Assembly (NCBI GenBank): GCA_043811535.1
Contig: JBDRNC010000028.1
Coordinates: 32,001-96,000, forward strand
Direction: 5' to 3'
DNA from: Elusimicrobiota bacterium
Lineage (GTDB): Bacteria; Elusimicrobiota; Endomicrobiia; Endomicrobiales; JBDRNC01
DNA length: 64,000 bases
In this document: piece after piece, positions 9,134 to 18,276 of the stretch
Layout: the number at the start of each line of letters is the position of its first letter
How positions within the stretch are numbered: the first letter of the stretch is position 1
The notes under the pieces: generated by a model
Databases searched by the model: none
Seen by the model: only the letters and a program-made list of their open reading frames with translations
Told to the model about the DNA's origin: nothing
Position numbers and translations under genes: made by a program

Positions 9134-9988
9134 ATGAAACCAAAACCTGAATGTACTCCGTGTTTTTTGCGCCAGATGGCCATTGCATCGCGCCTTGCCA
9201 CGCATAGCAAAACGCTGCACGGCAAGGTCCAGCGTGATTCCAAGAGACTGCTATTCAAGATGGGTGATGTCCACAACCCGCCCTATATAGCAACCGTCCT
9301 TTTCCGGAACGCCTATAGGCTCCTTAGAACGAAGGACCCGTACCTGCCGCTTAAGGACAAATACAACAGAAAGGTTAAATCGCTTTTCCCGTTCCTGTCA
9401 AAATTAATTGAAAATTCAATCAATCCTTTGACAACGGCTCTTAAACTGGCGCTTGCCGGCAATATTATAGATTTCGGCATACTGGAGAGATTCAGTCTCA
9501 GCAAGACACTGGAACAGACGCTTGTTCTTAGGATACCTGATATAAAAATAGCTGAAATTAGAAGGAGAATAGTAAAAGCAGCAGATATACTCTTTATAGC
9601 CGATAACGCAGGCGAGATAGGGTTTGACCGCTTTCTGCTTGAACAGATAAAGTCAATAAACCCCTCTGCCAGGATATTCTTGAGCGTCAAGAAGACACCC
9701 ATCATCAATGATGCTACCGCGAAAGATGCCAGATTTTTCAAGCTACAGGAGTTGGCAAAAATCATGGACAGCGGGGATAACTGGATCGGCACCCACCCTC
9801 ATCTTTGCTCCTTTAAATTCCGTGAAATTTTCGAAAACGCCGACTTTATCATATCCAAGGGACAGGCAAATTATGAATCGCTCGAAGAACTTGCCGATCC
9901 GAGGATAGTATTCCTTCTTAAAGCCAAGTGCCCCGTAGTCGCGTCAAACCTCAAAGTAAAACTCAACGACATAGTAATAAAACTTTAA
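9134..9988 (+). CDS. ARMT1/DUF89 family damage-control phosphatase
   Basis: C..C N-terminus, DPY, LAGNIIDFG, ADNAGEI, PIINDAT, ISKGQANYESL, KAKC. Confidence 0.9.
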   Translation: MKPKPECTPCFLRQMAIASRLATHSKTLHGKVQRDSKRLLFKMGDVHNPPYIATVLFRNAYRLLRTKDPYLPLKDKYNRKVKSLFPFLSKLIENSINPLTTALKLALAGNIIDFGILERFSLSKTLEQTLVLRIPDIKIAEIRRRIVKAADILFIADNAGEIGFDRFLLEQIKSINPSARIFLSVKKTPIINDATAKDARFFKLQELAKIMDSGDNWIGTHPHLCSFKFREIFENADFIISKGQANYESLEELADPRIVFLLKAKCPVVASNLKVKLNDIVIKL

Positions 9989-9989
9989 G

Positions 9990-10058
9990 ACGGGTAAACG
10001 GTAAACGCTAATGCCTGAAGACGTTTTTTCGTTCAACGTTCACCGTTTACCGTTTAAC
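9990..10058. repeat. Heptamer (CGGTAAA/TTTACCG) inverted-array hairpin
   Basis: ggtaaacggtaaacgctaa ... gaagac ... cgttcaacgttcaccgtttaccgttta. Confidence 0.7.
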
Positions 10059-10215
10059 TGTCCTTGAAATCACCTTGAAAATCCCTATAAAATTAGTTAG
10101 ACTATTCATTAATCTTCACCTGTAATAGTGGAATTTGCCGGTGTTGTTCTTATTATCTTTTTATCTTTCAAATCTTTTTAATTTTTCAATCTTTTAATCT
10201 CTTTTGGAGGTCTTT

Positions 10216-10629
10216 ATGACAATATTTTTTATTATCCTTACAGTCGTTTTCTGGGGTGTTGCCCCGATACTGGATAAAACCGCTTTGAAGAGCGGGGATC
10301 CTTACATCGGAACGATAATCCGCGGGATCGTTATCGGCATAACGGTCATACTGATCATGCTTATCGGAGGAAAAGCGAAGGAGCTTATGGCGCTTCCCGC
10401 AAAAACGATAATCCTGTTCGGCGTTTCCGGGCTTTTCGCGGGGCTCTTGGGAACATTCACTTTTTACAAGGCGCTCCAGACAGGAGCGACATCCATGATT
10501 GTCCCTCTTGCCGCGACGTATCCGCTCGTGACCGCGCTTTTAAGCGTGCTTATTCTGGGTGAGACCGTTACCGCGGCGAGAATCGCGGGCACTGTGCTGA
10601 TAGTCGGCGGAATTTGGCTTGTTAAATAA
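10216..10629 (+). CDS. EamA/DMT family small transporter
   Basis: FWGVAPILDK, FYKALQ, PLAATYPLVTALLS..ILGE; RBS ggagg before ATG 10216. Confidence 0.85.
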   Translation: MTIFFIILTVVFWGVAPILDKTALKSGDPYIGTIIRGIVIGITVILIMLIGGKAKELMALPAKTIILFGVSGLFAGLLGTFTFYKALQTGATSMIVPLAATYPLVTALLSVLILGETVTAARIAGTVLIVGGIWLVK

Positions 10630-10637
10630 TACAGACA

Positions 10638-10722
10638 AATGGTTAAAGTCTTTTGCAATTTAGCAATTAAGCCATATGGCCATGTAGTTAATTAGCCATT
10701 TAACCATATAACAATTTAGCCA
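10638..10722. repeat. Partial copy of the octamer element
   Basis: Closely matches 12570-12653; ends at the mnmG ATG. Confidence 0.85.
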
Positions 10723-12515
10723 TGAATCATTTTGATGTTATAGTCATCGGAGCGGGGCACGCGGGGTGCGAAGCGGCGCTCGCAGCGGCGAGAATGGGCG
10801 TTAAAACCCTGCTTGTCACTATGTCGCTTGATGCGGTCGCGCGCATGTCGTGCAATCCGGCGATAGGCGGGCTCGCCAAGGGGCAGATAGTCCGAGAAGT
10901 GGACGCTCTCGGCGGCGAAATGGCAAAAATCACCGACAGGGCGGGCCTCCAGTTCAGGATGCTCAACACTTCAAGGGGCCCGGCGGTGTGGTCGCCGCGC
11001 GCGCAATGCGATAAATATCTTTACAGCCGTTTTATGCGGGAATCTCTTGAAAATCAGAAAAACCTTGGCCTGCTGGAAGACGAGGTTGTAAAAATACTTT
11101 TCAAGAACGGCGCGGTTTCAGGCGTCAGGACAAAGTCAGGAAAAAATTTCGGCGCCGGAGCTGTCATCGCGACTACCGGAACTTTTCTTAAAGGGCTCAT
11201 ACATGTCGGGTTGAAGCATTTTCCGGGCGGCCGGATAGACGAACCATCCGCAGAAGGACTTTCTGCATCTTTGCGGGAAGCCGGGCTTGAACTCAAGCGT
11301 CTTAAGACCGGAACACCGCCCCGGATAGACAGGAACTCGGTGGATTATTCAAAAACGGAACCACAGCCCGGCGACGAGCCGCCCGTTCCGTTCTCCCATT
11401 TCACGGACGCGCCGTCCTGGACAAAGAAAAAGAAACAGCTGAACTGCTGGCTGACTTACACGAACGAAAAGACCCACGAAATAATAAGGAAGAATCTGGA
11501 CCGCTCGCCGCTTTACGCGGGAGTGATAAAAAGCGTCGGGCCGCGCTACTGCCCGTCGATAGAGGACAAGGTCGTCAGGTTCTCTTCCAGGGACCGCCAC
11601 CAGGTCTTCCTTGAACCCGAAGGTTACGAAGCCGCCGAACTGTACGTAAACGGAATATCCACAAGTTTGCCGGAAGACGTCCAGGAAAAAATAGTCCGTT
11701 CCATAAAAGGGCTTGAAAACGCTGAAATTCTGCGCTACGGTTACGCTATAGAATACGATTTCTGCCCGCCGACCCAGATTTACGCGACTCTTGAAACGAA
11801 AACTACGGAAAACCTTTATCTCGCGGGGCAAATCAACGGCACCACCGGCTATGAAGAGGCGGCGGGACAGGGAATTACCGCCGGAATAAACGCCGCGCTG
11901 AAATTAAAAGGCAAAGAGCCTTTTGTGATGGAAAGAAACCTGTCATACATCGGCGTCCTGATAGACGATCTTGTCACCAAAGGCGTTGAAGAGCCGTACA
12001 GGATGTTCACTTCGCGCGCGGAATATAGGCTGATGCTGCGCTCCGACAACGCCGACTTGCGTCTGATGGATTCCGGACGCAAGTTCGGGCTGGTACCCGA
12101 TAAAATGCACGGTCGGTTCGCGCTGTACAGGGACACCGTTGAAAAGATCCTCGCGAAAAAGAAGATTTCGTATCCCGGACCGGAAGAACTTACCCCTTGG
12201 TCAAAAGAAAAAATAGATTTTGAGGTTTCGGTCGAGCGCAAGTATTCCGGATACATTGAAAGACAGAAGCATACCGCGGAAAAAATACAAAAATGCGGCG
12301 GAAAACGCATACCGAAACGCTTTGATTACGATTCTATCCCAAGCCTGCTCACCGAGACGCGGCAGAAACTCAAAAAGATCATGCCGGCCACGATAGGCCA
12401 GGCGTCAAGGATATCGGGCGTAACCCCGTCGGATGTCGCAATCCTTATGATTTATCTGGAAAAGATTAAAGGAGGAGAAAAAGTTAAACGGTTGAACGGC
12501 TGCATGACAAAATAA
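10722..12515 (+). CDS. mnmG: tRNA uridine-5-carboxymethylaminomethyl(34) synthesis enzyme MnmG
   Basis: GAGHAGCEAA, MSCNPAIGG, KTGTPPR, GPRYCPSIEDK, GQINGTTGYEEAA, YRMFTSRAEYRL. Confidence 0.98.
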   Translation: MNHFDVIVIGAGHAGCEAALAAARMGVKTLLVTMSLDAVARMSCNPAIGGLAKGQIVREVDALGGEMAKITDRAGLQFRMLNTSRGPAVWSPRAQCDKYLYSRFMRESLENQKNLGLLEDEVVKILFKNGAVSGVRTKSGKNFGAGAVIATTGTFLKGLIHVGLKHFPGGRIDEPSAEGLSASLREAGLELKRLKTGTPPRIDRNSVDYSKTEPQPGDEPPVPFSHFTDAPSWTKKKKQLNCWLTYTNEKTHEIIRKNLDRSPLYAGVIKSVGPRYCPSIEDKVVRFSSRDRHQVFLEPEGYEAAELYVNGISTSLPEDVQEKIVRSIKGLENAEILRYGYAIEYDFCPPTQIYATLETKTTENLYLAGQINGTTGYEEAAGQGITAGINAALKLKGKEPFVMERNLSYIGVLIDDLVTKGVEEPYRMFTSRAEYRLMLRSDNADLRLMDSGRKFGLVPDKMHGRFALYRDTVEKILAKKKISYPGPEELTPWSKEKIDFEVSVERKYSGYIERQKHTAEKIQKCGGKRIPKRFDYDSIPSLLTETRQKLKKIMPATIGQASRISGVTPSDVAILMIYLEKIKGGEKVKRLNGCMTK

Positions 12516-12655
12516 CATGGCTAAATGGCTAATAAATTATAACACCATGGCTAAACTGCTGAATGGCTAAATGGTTAAAGTCTTTGGCAATTTAGCAATT
12601 AAGCCATATGACCATGTAGTTAATCAGTCATTTAACCATACAACCGTTTAGCCAT
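12482..12655. mobile_element. Full copy of the octamer-array dispersed element (MITE-like)
   Basis: Near-identical to the reverse complement of 17668-17790 and 50791-50892 over about 85-110 nt. Confidence 0.85.
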
Positions 12656-12662
12656 ATATTTT

Positions 12663-12917
12663 ATGAATTACATTCAGCTTATTGGCCTTGCCGCGGGAGC
12701 GTTGACCACTTCATCTCTTCTGCCGCAGGTGATTAAATCGTTCAGGACAAAATCTACGAAGGATATCTCGCTCGGGATGTTCATTCTCATATCAACGGGA
12801 AACCTGCTCTGGCTGACATACGGCCTCTTGATACGCGATATTCCGGTTATAGTGGCAAATCTGATGACTTTCTTGTTATCGCTGATGATAATCATGATGA
12901 AAATCAAGTATAAATGA
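12663..12917 (+). CDS. SemiSWEET/PQ-loop family transporter
   Basis: IGLAAGALTT..LLPQVIK...KSTKDISLGM...LWLTYG...PVIVAN. Confidence 0.9.
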   Translation: MNYIQLIGLAAGALTTSSLLPQVIKSFRTKSTKDISLGMFILISTGNLLWLTYGLLIRDIPVIVANLMTFLLSLMIIMMKIKYK

Positions 12918-12939
12918 ATGACAGACGGAAGAAGGAAGA

Positions 12940-13650
12940 GTGAAGATGGAAGATAAAAAAAGCAAAGACAGCAATTACCTGAAATTAAAGGATTTAGCGT
13001 TAGCCGAAGGGATGGTTTTATTCGGCGCGGCCGATATTTCCGGCATCCGAGGGCAGATTCTCCTGCCTCAAGACCTGACCAGCCGCCTGACTGCCGGCGT
13101 TTCATTCGGCTACAGGATGTCAACAGGCGTGCTTGACACGCTGACTACCGCGCCTAACCAGGTCTACTACTTCCATTACCAGCGGGTGAATATGCTGTTG
13201 GACCAGACAGCGCTCAGAATTACGGCTCTTATACAGAAAAACGGATACTGCGCCCTGCCTGTGCCCGCGTCGCAGGTCGTGGACTGGCAGAAACAATACG
13301 GAACCTTGTCTCACAGGGAAATAGCGCGCCTCGCGGGCCTCGGATGGTACGGCAGGAACAATTTGCTCGTGAATCCCCAATACGGAAGCGGTGTCCGCTA
13401 CGCGACTGTCCTGACCGATATGCCGATGAAGTTCGATAAACCGCTGAAAGATTCCTGCGGGAACTGCGCCCTCTGCATAGCGGTTTGCCCGGCAGGCGCT
13501 ATTAAGAAAGAATCGTTTGACCTCGCTCTTTGCACGGAACAGCTAAAGAATTTCGTGAAAACCGAAAAGATCGGCCAGATGATCTGCGGGCTTTGCGTAA
13601 AAGCGTGTAAAGGGGCAGGCGGAAGACAGAAGACGGAAGACGGAAGATAG
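12940..13650 (+). CDS. Fe-S protein, epoxyqueuosine reductase/reductive dehalogenase-like domain
   Basis: SHREIARLAGLGWYGRNNLLV, VLTDMP, CGNCALCIAVCPAGAI, CGLCVKAC. Confidence 0.8.
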   Translation: MKMEDKKSKDSNYLKLKDLALAEGMVLFGAADISGIRGQILLPQDLTSRLTAGVSFGYRMSTGVLDTLTTAPNQVYYFHYQRVNMLLDQTALRITALIQKNGYCALPVPASQVVDWQKQYGTLSHREIARLAGLGWYGRNNLLVNPQYGSGVRYATVLTDMPMKFDKPLKDSCGNCALCIAVCPAGAIKKESFDLALCTEQLKNFVKTEKIGQMICGLCVKACKGAGGRQKTEDGR

Positions 13651-13766
13651 GAAACGAAAGATGGAAGAAAGAAAAAGGAAGAAAATGATAAATAAACTAT
13701 TTTTATATTGTCTCAATTTGTTTTTTCTCTGTTTGCTTCCATCTTCCCTCTTCCTTCTTCCTTCTG
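13620..13766. repeat. Heptamer (GGAAGAC/CTTCC) inverted-array hairpin overlapping two CDSs
   Basis: cggaagacagaagacggaagacggaagataggaa ... cttccatcttccctcttccttcttcctt; a further arm at 12922-12954. Confidence 0.8.
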
Positions 13767-14491
13767 TTTCATCCGCTGACGACCAGCGGCTTGTCGTCAG
13801 TTTCTACATAATTGAGGCTGACAAGATTAAACTGACTAAGCATGAACTCTTTTCCGATATCAACAACCTTACAAAACGGAAGAATTCCGATAAGTTTAAT
13901 TATCTCGGCGGCGGCGACTTCACTCTCTCTCCCTATATTTCCGAAACATTCAATGTCAGGCAGCAAGATTCGGACCTGTCATTGAAACTCTCGTGTCGCC
14001 CGAAACAGGTTCTGGACAAGAAATACTACAGCATACGCTACGAGGCGAGGCTTGCGTATCCCCTTCAAAAGGAATACGCGGTTCTCCAGAAGGAAACGGA
14101 CGCCGCGCCCGGCGAAATAATCATCATATCGGAATCGGATACGACACAGGGCCTAAAAGACACAAGGCCCATATGGGTGGTGCTCAAGACGCAGTCCACG
14201 GAACCCGAATACGCGTACAGCGCGCTCGGCGGCATCGGCGCGAAGATCCAGCTCAGGGACGGGTATCCTTTCATAAGCGAAATTCTTGACGAAAGTCCGG
14301 CAAAAAACGCCGGGCTTCAGGTAGGGGACAAGCTTCTTGAAGCAGACGGCTATTCGCTGCTTCAAGTGACAATAGATGAGGCCTCTAAACTCCTGCGCGG
14401 CAATCCCGGAACCGATGTCAGCCTCAAAATCCGCCGCGCCTCATCAACTGCTCCCGAGATAATAATTCTAAAACGCCGCATACTGGAATAA
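13685..14491 (+). CDS. Secreted protein with C-terminal PDZ domain
   Basis: GGIGAKI...SPAKNAGLQVGDKLLEADG...LLRGNPGTDVSL (S41-protease-type PDZ); alternative start 13661. Confidence 0.75.
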   Translation: MINKLFLYCLNLFFLCLLPSSLFLLPSVSSADDQRLVVSFYIIEADKIKLTKHELFSDINNLTKRKNSDKFNYLGGGDFTLSPYISETFNVRQQDSDLSLKLSCRPKQVLDKKYYSIRYEARLAYPLQKEYAVLQKETDAAPGEIIIISESDTTQGLKDTRPIWVVLKTQSTEPEYAYSALGGIGAKIQLRDGYPFISEILDESPAKNAGLQVGDKLLEADGYSLLQVTIDEASKLLRGNPGTDVSLKIRRASSTAPEIIILKRRILE

Positions 14492-14609
14492 ACCCCGTTA
14501 GAAACAGGTTGCCATTGTGCAACCGTTGACCGGATAGCTTTATATAAAACTTTAAAGTAAGATTGACCGTAGTTGTCTACTTTTAAATTTCAAAATTTTC
14601 TAACGGGGT
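14492..14609. mobile_element. MITE-like element with 13-bp terminal inverted repeats
   Basis: accccgttagaaa / tttctaacggggt; fills almost the whole gap between the PDZ gene and rsmG. Confidence 0.7.
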
Positions 14610-14613
14610 AAAT

Positions 14614-15360
14614 ATGGCTCAAATCCCGCAGGACTTGATGAATTCATGGCTGGAATTCCTTTCCCGTGAATTCAAGCTGGACCTTTCGGAACAGCAGCTC
14701 CTTGCTTTCACTGTTTTTTTCTCGGAACTTGAAGAATGGAACCGCAATATCAACCTTGTTTCATATAAAACGCCCGAAGAGGTCTTTTTCAGGCATTTCG
14801 CGGATTCTCTCGCGGTAAAAACAGCGTTTGACAGGCATCTGGCCGGAATTTCCGATTTCAGCGCCGCGGACATAGGCGCCGGAGCCGGTTTCCCGGGCAT
14901 TCCGCTGAAGATCGCGTATCCGGGGATGAAGCTCACGCTGATAGAGTCCGTAGGTAAAAAGTGCGCTTTCCTTAAGAACATTTCGGATAAACTCAACCTG
15001 CAAAACGTCGATATATTCAACGGACGCGCCGAACTTATGGGGCAGGATTCTAAAACCAGGGAAAAATATGATATAACTTTATCCAGAGCGGTCACCGCGG
15101 TTTCCCCGAACCTTGAAACGGCGCTGCCCCTTTTAAGGACCGGCGGTTTCGCTTTCATGCATAAATACGAGAATTTTTCCGCGGAACTGGACGCCGCTAA
15201 AACCGCGCTTGAAGTTCTCGGCGGGAAATACGAAACCTCTTTCGGCTACAGACTGCCGGGCGGCGCACGTGAAAGCCACATACTGGTTTTCTCGAAAAGC
15301 GGGAATACGCCTCTCAAGTACCCGAGGCGCCCGGGCATGGCGGAGAAGAAGCCTATATAA
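14614..15360 (+). CDS. rsmG: 16S rRNA m7G527 methyltransferase RsmG
   Basis: WNRNINL, RHFADSL, DIGAGAGFPGIPL, LSRAV, YPRRPG. Confidence 0.95.
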   Translation: MAQIPQDLMNSWLEFLSREFKLDLSEQQLLAFTVFFSELEEWNRNINLVSYKTPEEVFFRHFADSLAVKTAFDRHLAGISDFSAADIGAGAGFPGIPLKIAYPGMKLTLIESVGKKCAFLKNISDKLNLQNVDIFNGRAELMGQDSKTREKYDITLSRAVTAVSPNLETALPLLRTGGFAFMHKYENFSAELDAAKTALEVLGGKYETSFGYRLPGGARESHILVFSKSGNTPLKYPRRPGMAEKKPI

Positions 15361-15375
15361 AGAAGTACTACATTT

Positions 15376-15467
15376 TTCCTCCCCCCTTGCGGGGGAGGAT
15401 TAAGGTGGGGGGCAAGAAGACAATTATCACCCCCATCCCAGCCTTCCCCCGTCGGAGGGGGAAGGAG
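15376..15467. repeat. C-rich/G-rich REP-like double palindrome
   Basis: tcctccccccttgcgggggagg...gtgggggg / cccccatcccagccttcccccgtcggagggggaagga. Confidence 0.75.
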
Positions 15468-15483
15468 TAGGTTAGGAGACAAC

Positions 15484-17667
15484 ATGCTCAATCAGGAATC
15501 TGCGGGCAATCTCGTCAAACTGCTTCACCTGTCGATAACGTATCTGCGGATCTACCCTCCCACAAGCCCTATGGTCGCGGATACGGTTGACGCTTTTTTT
15601 AAGTATCTCCAGGCGGAGTTGAAGGTATCAAAATCCGTATCTTTCAGCGAGCTTTCGGGCAAACTTATCATTAACGGGATCGAATCCGATAATAAAGAGA
15701 TCCAGATGATATCCAACATGATACTCAAGCTGTTTGCCCAGAGGAAGTTTCAGAGCATCACATTCCATCGCGAACTGATAAAAGAAGAACTTACTGATTT
15801 TCTGACCAATATACTAAGGAAAAGAAGACACGAGATGCCGGGATACACGAATATAGCGCTGGACCAGACGGTTTATGTCGCGCTCGTTAAAGGCGAAGAA
15901 GCCATCGTCAAGATAAGCGAAACGATACAGAATTCCGGAGGAGAGATATTGGGCCTGATAAAATCTATAAGGGAATCTTATGACCTTATAGATCAGCTGC
16001 CCGACCAGGGCGTAAAAGAGCAGGCGCAGGACCATCTTGCGCAGGAGCTTTCAAAGCAGAACCCGGCCGTGCTCAGGGAGATTTTCGACAGGGAGCTTCC
16101 GTTAAAGATCGAGGAATCGGGCCTTAAGAAACGCCTTTTAAGCACGCTTTCGCAGGATAAAATACAGGAAATATTCGGTGAAATATCCTCGTGGTATGCA
16201 GCGATAAGGGAAAAAGAAACTTCGGATTTCGCGGCCGTGGACCAGCTGGATAAACTGCAGAAATTCATGAAAACAATACTTCAGGCGCCGGCCGCGAAGG
16301 AGATCCCGCGCCAGTTTTTCGAAGAGCTTATCCGGAAAGGACTGCTCGAACAGCTTCCCGACTGGTTTTCCACGACACCTTCCAAACCTACTACTGTTTA
16401 CGAGGTCGAGAAGCTTGTGGAAAAGTCCGCTTCGGATCTTCTTGAAAAGGAAGTCCGCGACGCGCTTCCCCAGATGGTTGAAAAGCTCTGCCAGATAGAG
16501 AACAACGAGCTTATCGGAAAACTCCTTGAAAAGATACTTGAAAATTTAAAGAACTCGGCCCCGAAGATACGCTTGCTCGCCATACAGTCCATGGCGGCCA
16601 TCTACGAAGTTCTGCAGGCGCATAACAAGGAACAACTTCTCCGCTATATCGAGCTTCCTCTCCTGGAAACAGCCAGGCAGGAAACCTCGGTAGAGGTGCA
16701 CTATTACATGCTGGAGATATTGCGCATGCGCGCCCGCCAGAATCTCCTGCATGGCGAATATGATTTCGCAATCCGCATAATCGACCTGATGCGACAGCAC
16801 GTGTCGCCCGAAATAGTCAGCGACCAAAAAATCCTTGCGAACGCTGTTAAATCAATGGATCGCCTGGTGCCCGAGATATTCGACGTGCTTGTATCCGATC
16901 TTAAATCCGATAATGAGATAAAAAGGCTGGGCAGCCTGCAGATCCTGACAAAATTCGGCGAAAAGGCGGTCGACCCGCTTATTAGGGTGATAAAGGAAAG
17001 CCAGGAGATCAGATCCTTAAAGCTCGCCGCCTCCGTCCTGCGCGCGATCGGCGATAAGGCGAAATTAAGATTTTATGACGAGCTTAATCTGGGCCTTACC
17101 GCAGCTGAAATAAAGAATTTCATATCGGTCCTGCAGGATCTCGGCCCCGTGGAGAATGTTGAACAGCTGAGCGCTCTTCTTAATTTTCCGGATATTGAAG
17201 TGAAAAAAGACATCATGCGGTTTCTGGCAAAACTGAACATAAACCAGTCAAAGATACTTCTGATAGAGCAGCTTAAGAGCAGGGATACTCAGATAATCAA
17301 CGAAGGCGTCCTTCTGCTCGGAGAGCTTCGTTGCAAAGAAGCCGTTCCGGCCCTTGTCAAGCTGCTGCACTCGCGCTGGCTACCTACGACGATACAGGAA
17401 GACATCTGTATAGCTCTCGGTTCCATCGCGGATTACAAGGCCTCCGAACCGCTCATACAGAAGGTAAAAAAGAAACCCAGTATATTTTCTGATAATAAGA
17501 CGGGAATTGAAAGGGTCCGCATGCGCGCCGCGTGGGCGCTGAGAAAGTTCTCCGGAACCAGCGTAGAGTCTGCGCTTGAATCAGCCTCGAAGGAAAAGAT
17601 CGCTCCCGTGGCATTAACGGCGAAAGAATCCCTGGCGATAATAAGACAAGGAAAAATGCAGAAATAG
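15484..17667 (+). CDS. Large HEAT-repeat protein
   Basis: LRIYPPTSP N-terminal motif; several C-terminal HEAT-like repeats. Confidence 0.75.
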   Translation: MLNQESAGNLVKLLHLSITYLRIYPPTSPMVADTVDAFFKYLQAELKVSKSVSFSELSGKLIINGIESDNKEIQMISNMILKLFAQRKFQSITFHRELIKEELTDFLTNILRKRRHEMPGYTNIALDQTVYVALVKGEEAIVKISETIQNSGGEILGLIKSIRESYDLIDQLPDQGVKEQAQDHLAQELSKQNPAVLREIFDRELPLKIEESGLKKRLLSTLSQDKIQEIFGEISSWYAAIREKETSDFAAVDQLDKLQKFMKTILQAPAAKEIPRQFFEELIRKGLLEQLPDWFSTTPSKPTTVYEVEKLVEKSASDLLEKEVRDALPQMVEKLCQIENNELIGKLLEKILENLKNSAPKIRLLAIQSMAAIYEVLQAHNKEQLLRYIELPLLETARQETSVEVHYYMLEILRMRARQNLLHGEYDFAIRIIDLMRQHVSPEIVSDQKILANAVKSMDRLVPEIFDVLVSDLKSDNEIKRLGSLQILTKFGEKAVDPLIRVIKESQEIRSLKLAASVLRAIGDKAKLRFYDELNLGLTAAEIKNFISVLQDLGPVENVEQLSALLNFPDIEVKKDIMRFLAKLNINQSKILLIEQLKSRDTQIINEGVLLLGELRCKEAVPALVKLLHSRWLPTTIQEDICIALGSIADYKASEPLIQKVKKKPSIFSDNKTGIERVRMRAAWALRKFSGTSVESALESASKEKIAPVALTAKESLAIIRQGKMQK

Positions 17668-17790
17668 CCAAATGGCTAATTAACTACATGGCCATATGGC
17701 TTAATTGCTAAATTGCCAAAGACTTTAACCATTTAGCCATTCAGCAGTTTAGCCATGGTGTTATAATTTATTAGCAATTCAGCCATTTAG
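17668..17790. mobile_element. Octamer-array element, inverted copy
   Basis: Reverse complement matches about 12525-12632 with few mismatches. Confidence 0.85.
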
Positions 17791-17802
17791 ATAGTATCTA
17801 TC

Positions 17803-18204
17803 ATGCTAACTGAATTTACAGTTAAAAGCCGCTCCAGGACTGAATTCATCAATATCACCGGACAGGTAAGCGATATTGTTTCTAAAAGCAAGACAAATAA
17901 CGGCATCTGTCACATTTTTGTTCCCCATACAACCGCTGGGCTTTTAATCAACGAAAATGCCGATCCTGATGTTCCTTCCGATATAATATCACAGATGGGG
18001 AAAATGGTCCCGCAGAGCGCGGGTTATTCCCATTCTGAAGGAAATTCAGCAGCGCACATCAAGTCCTGCCTTGTTGGAATCTCAAAAGAGGTTATAATAG
18101 AAAATGGCAGGCTTTTGCTCGGGACATGGCAGGGAATATTTTTCGCGGAGTTCGACGGCCCCAGAATAAGGAAAGTGTTTGTTAAAATATTAAAAGAAGT
18201 GTAA
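17803..18204 (+). CDS. yjbQ: YjbQ/UPF0047 family protein
   Basis: PHTTAG, INENADPDV, HSEGNSAAHIK, LGTWQGIFFAEFDGPR. Confidence 0.92.
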   Translation: MLTEFTVKSRSRTEFINITGQVSDIVSKSKTNNGICHIFVPHTTAGLLINENADPDVPSDIISQMGKMVPQSAGYSHSEGNSAAHIKSCLVGISKEVIIENGRLLLGTWQGIFFAEFDGPRIRKVFVKILKEV

Positions 18205-18275
18205 TGTTTAATGTTGAATGTGTAATGAAAATAGTTGATTAACCGTCTTGTTCATTATACATATCGCCGTTTAGC
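18199..18275. repeat. TGTGTAA-type heptamer hairpin without a gene
   Basis: gtgtaatgtttaatgttgaatgtgtaatgaa ... ttcattatacat; same unit as the arms at 4102 and 4571. Confidence 0.65.
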
Positions 18276-18276
18276 C

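Noticed and set aside
10150..10203. Single repeat arrays (aatctttt here; agtcact at 60628-60659)
   Set aside because: No inverted partner arm found; probably decayed elements, so not called as full hairpins.
9134..18204. Integron cassette array (genes separated by hairpins)
   Set aside because: The hairpins lack attC RYYYAAC/GTTRRRY cores, no integrase is present, and core genes (mnmG, rsmG) are among those flanked.
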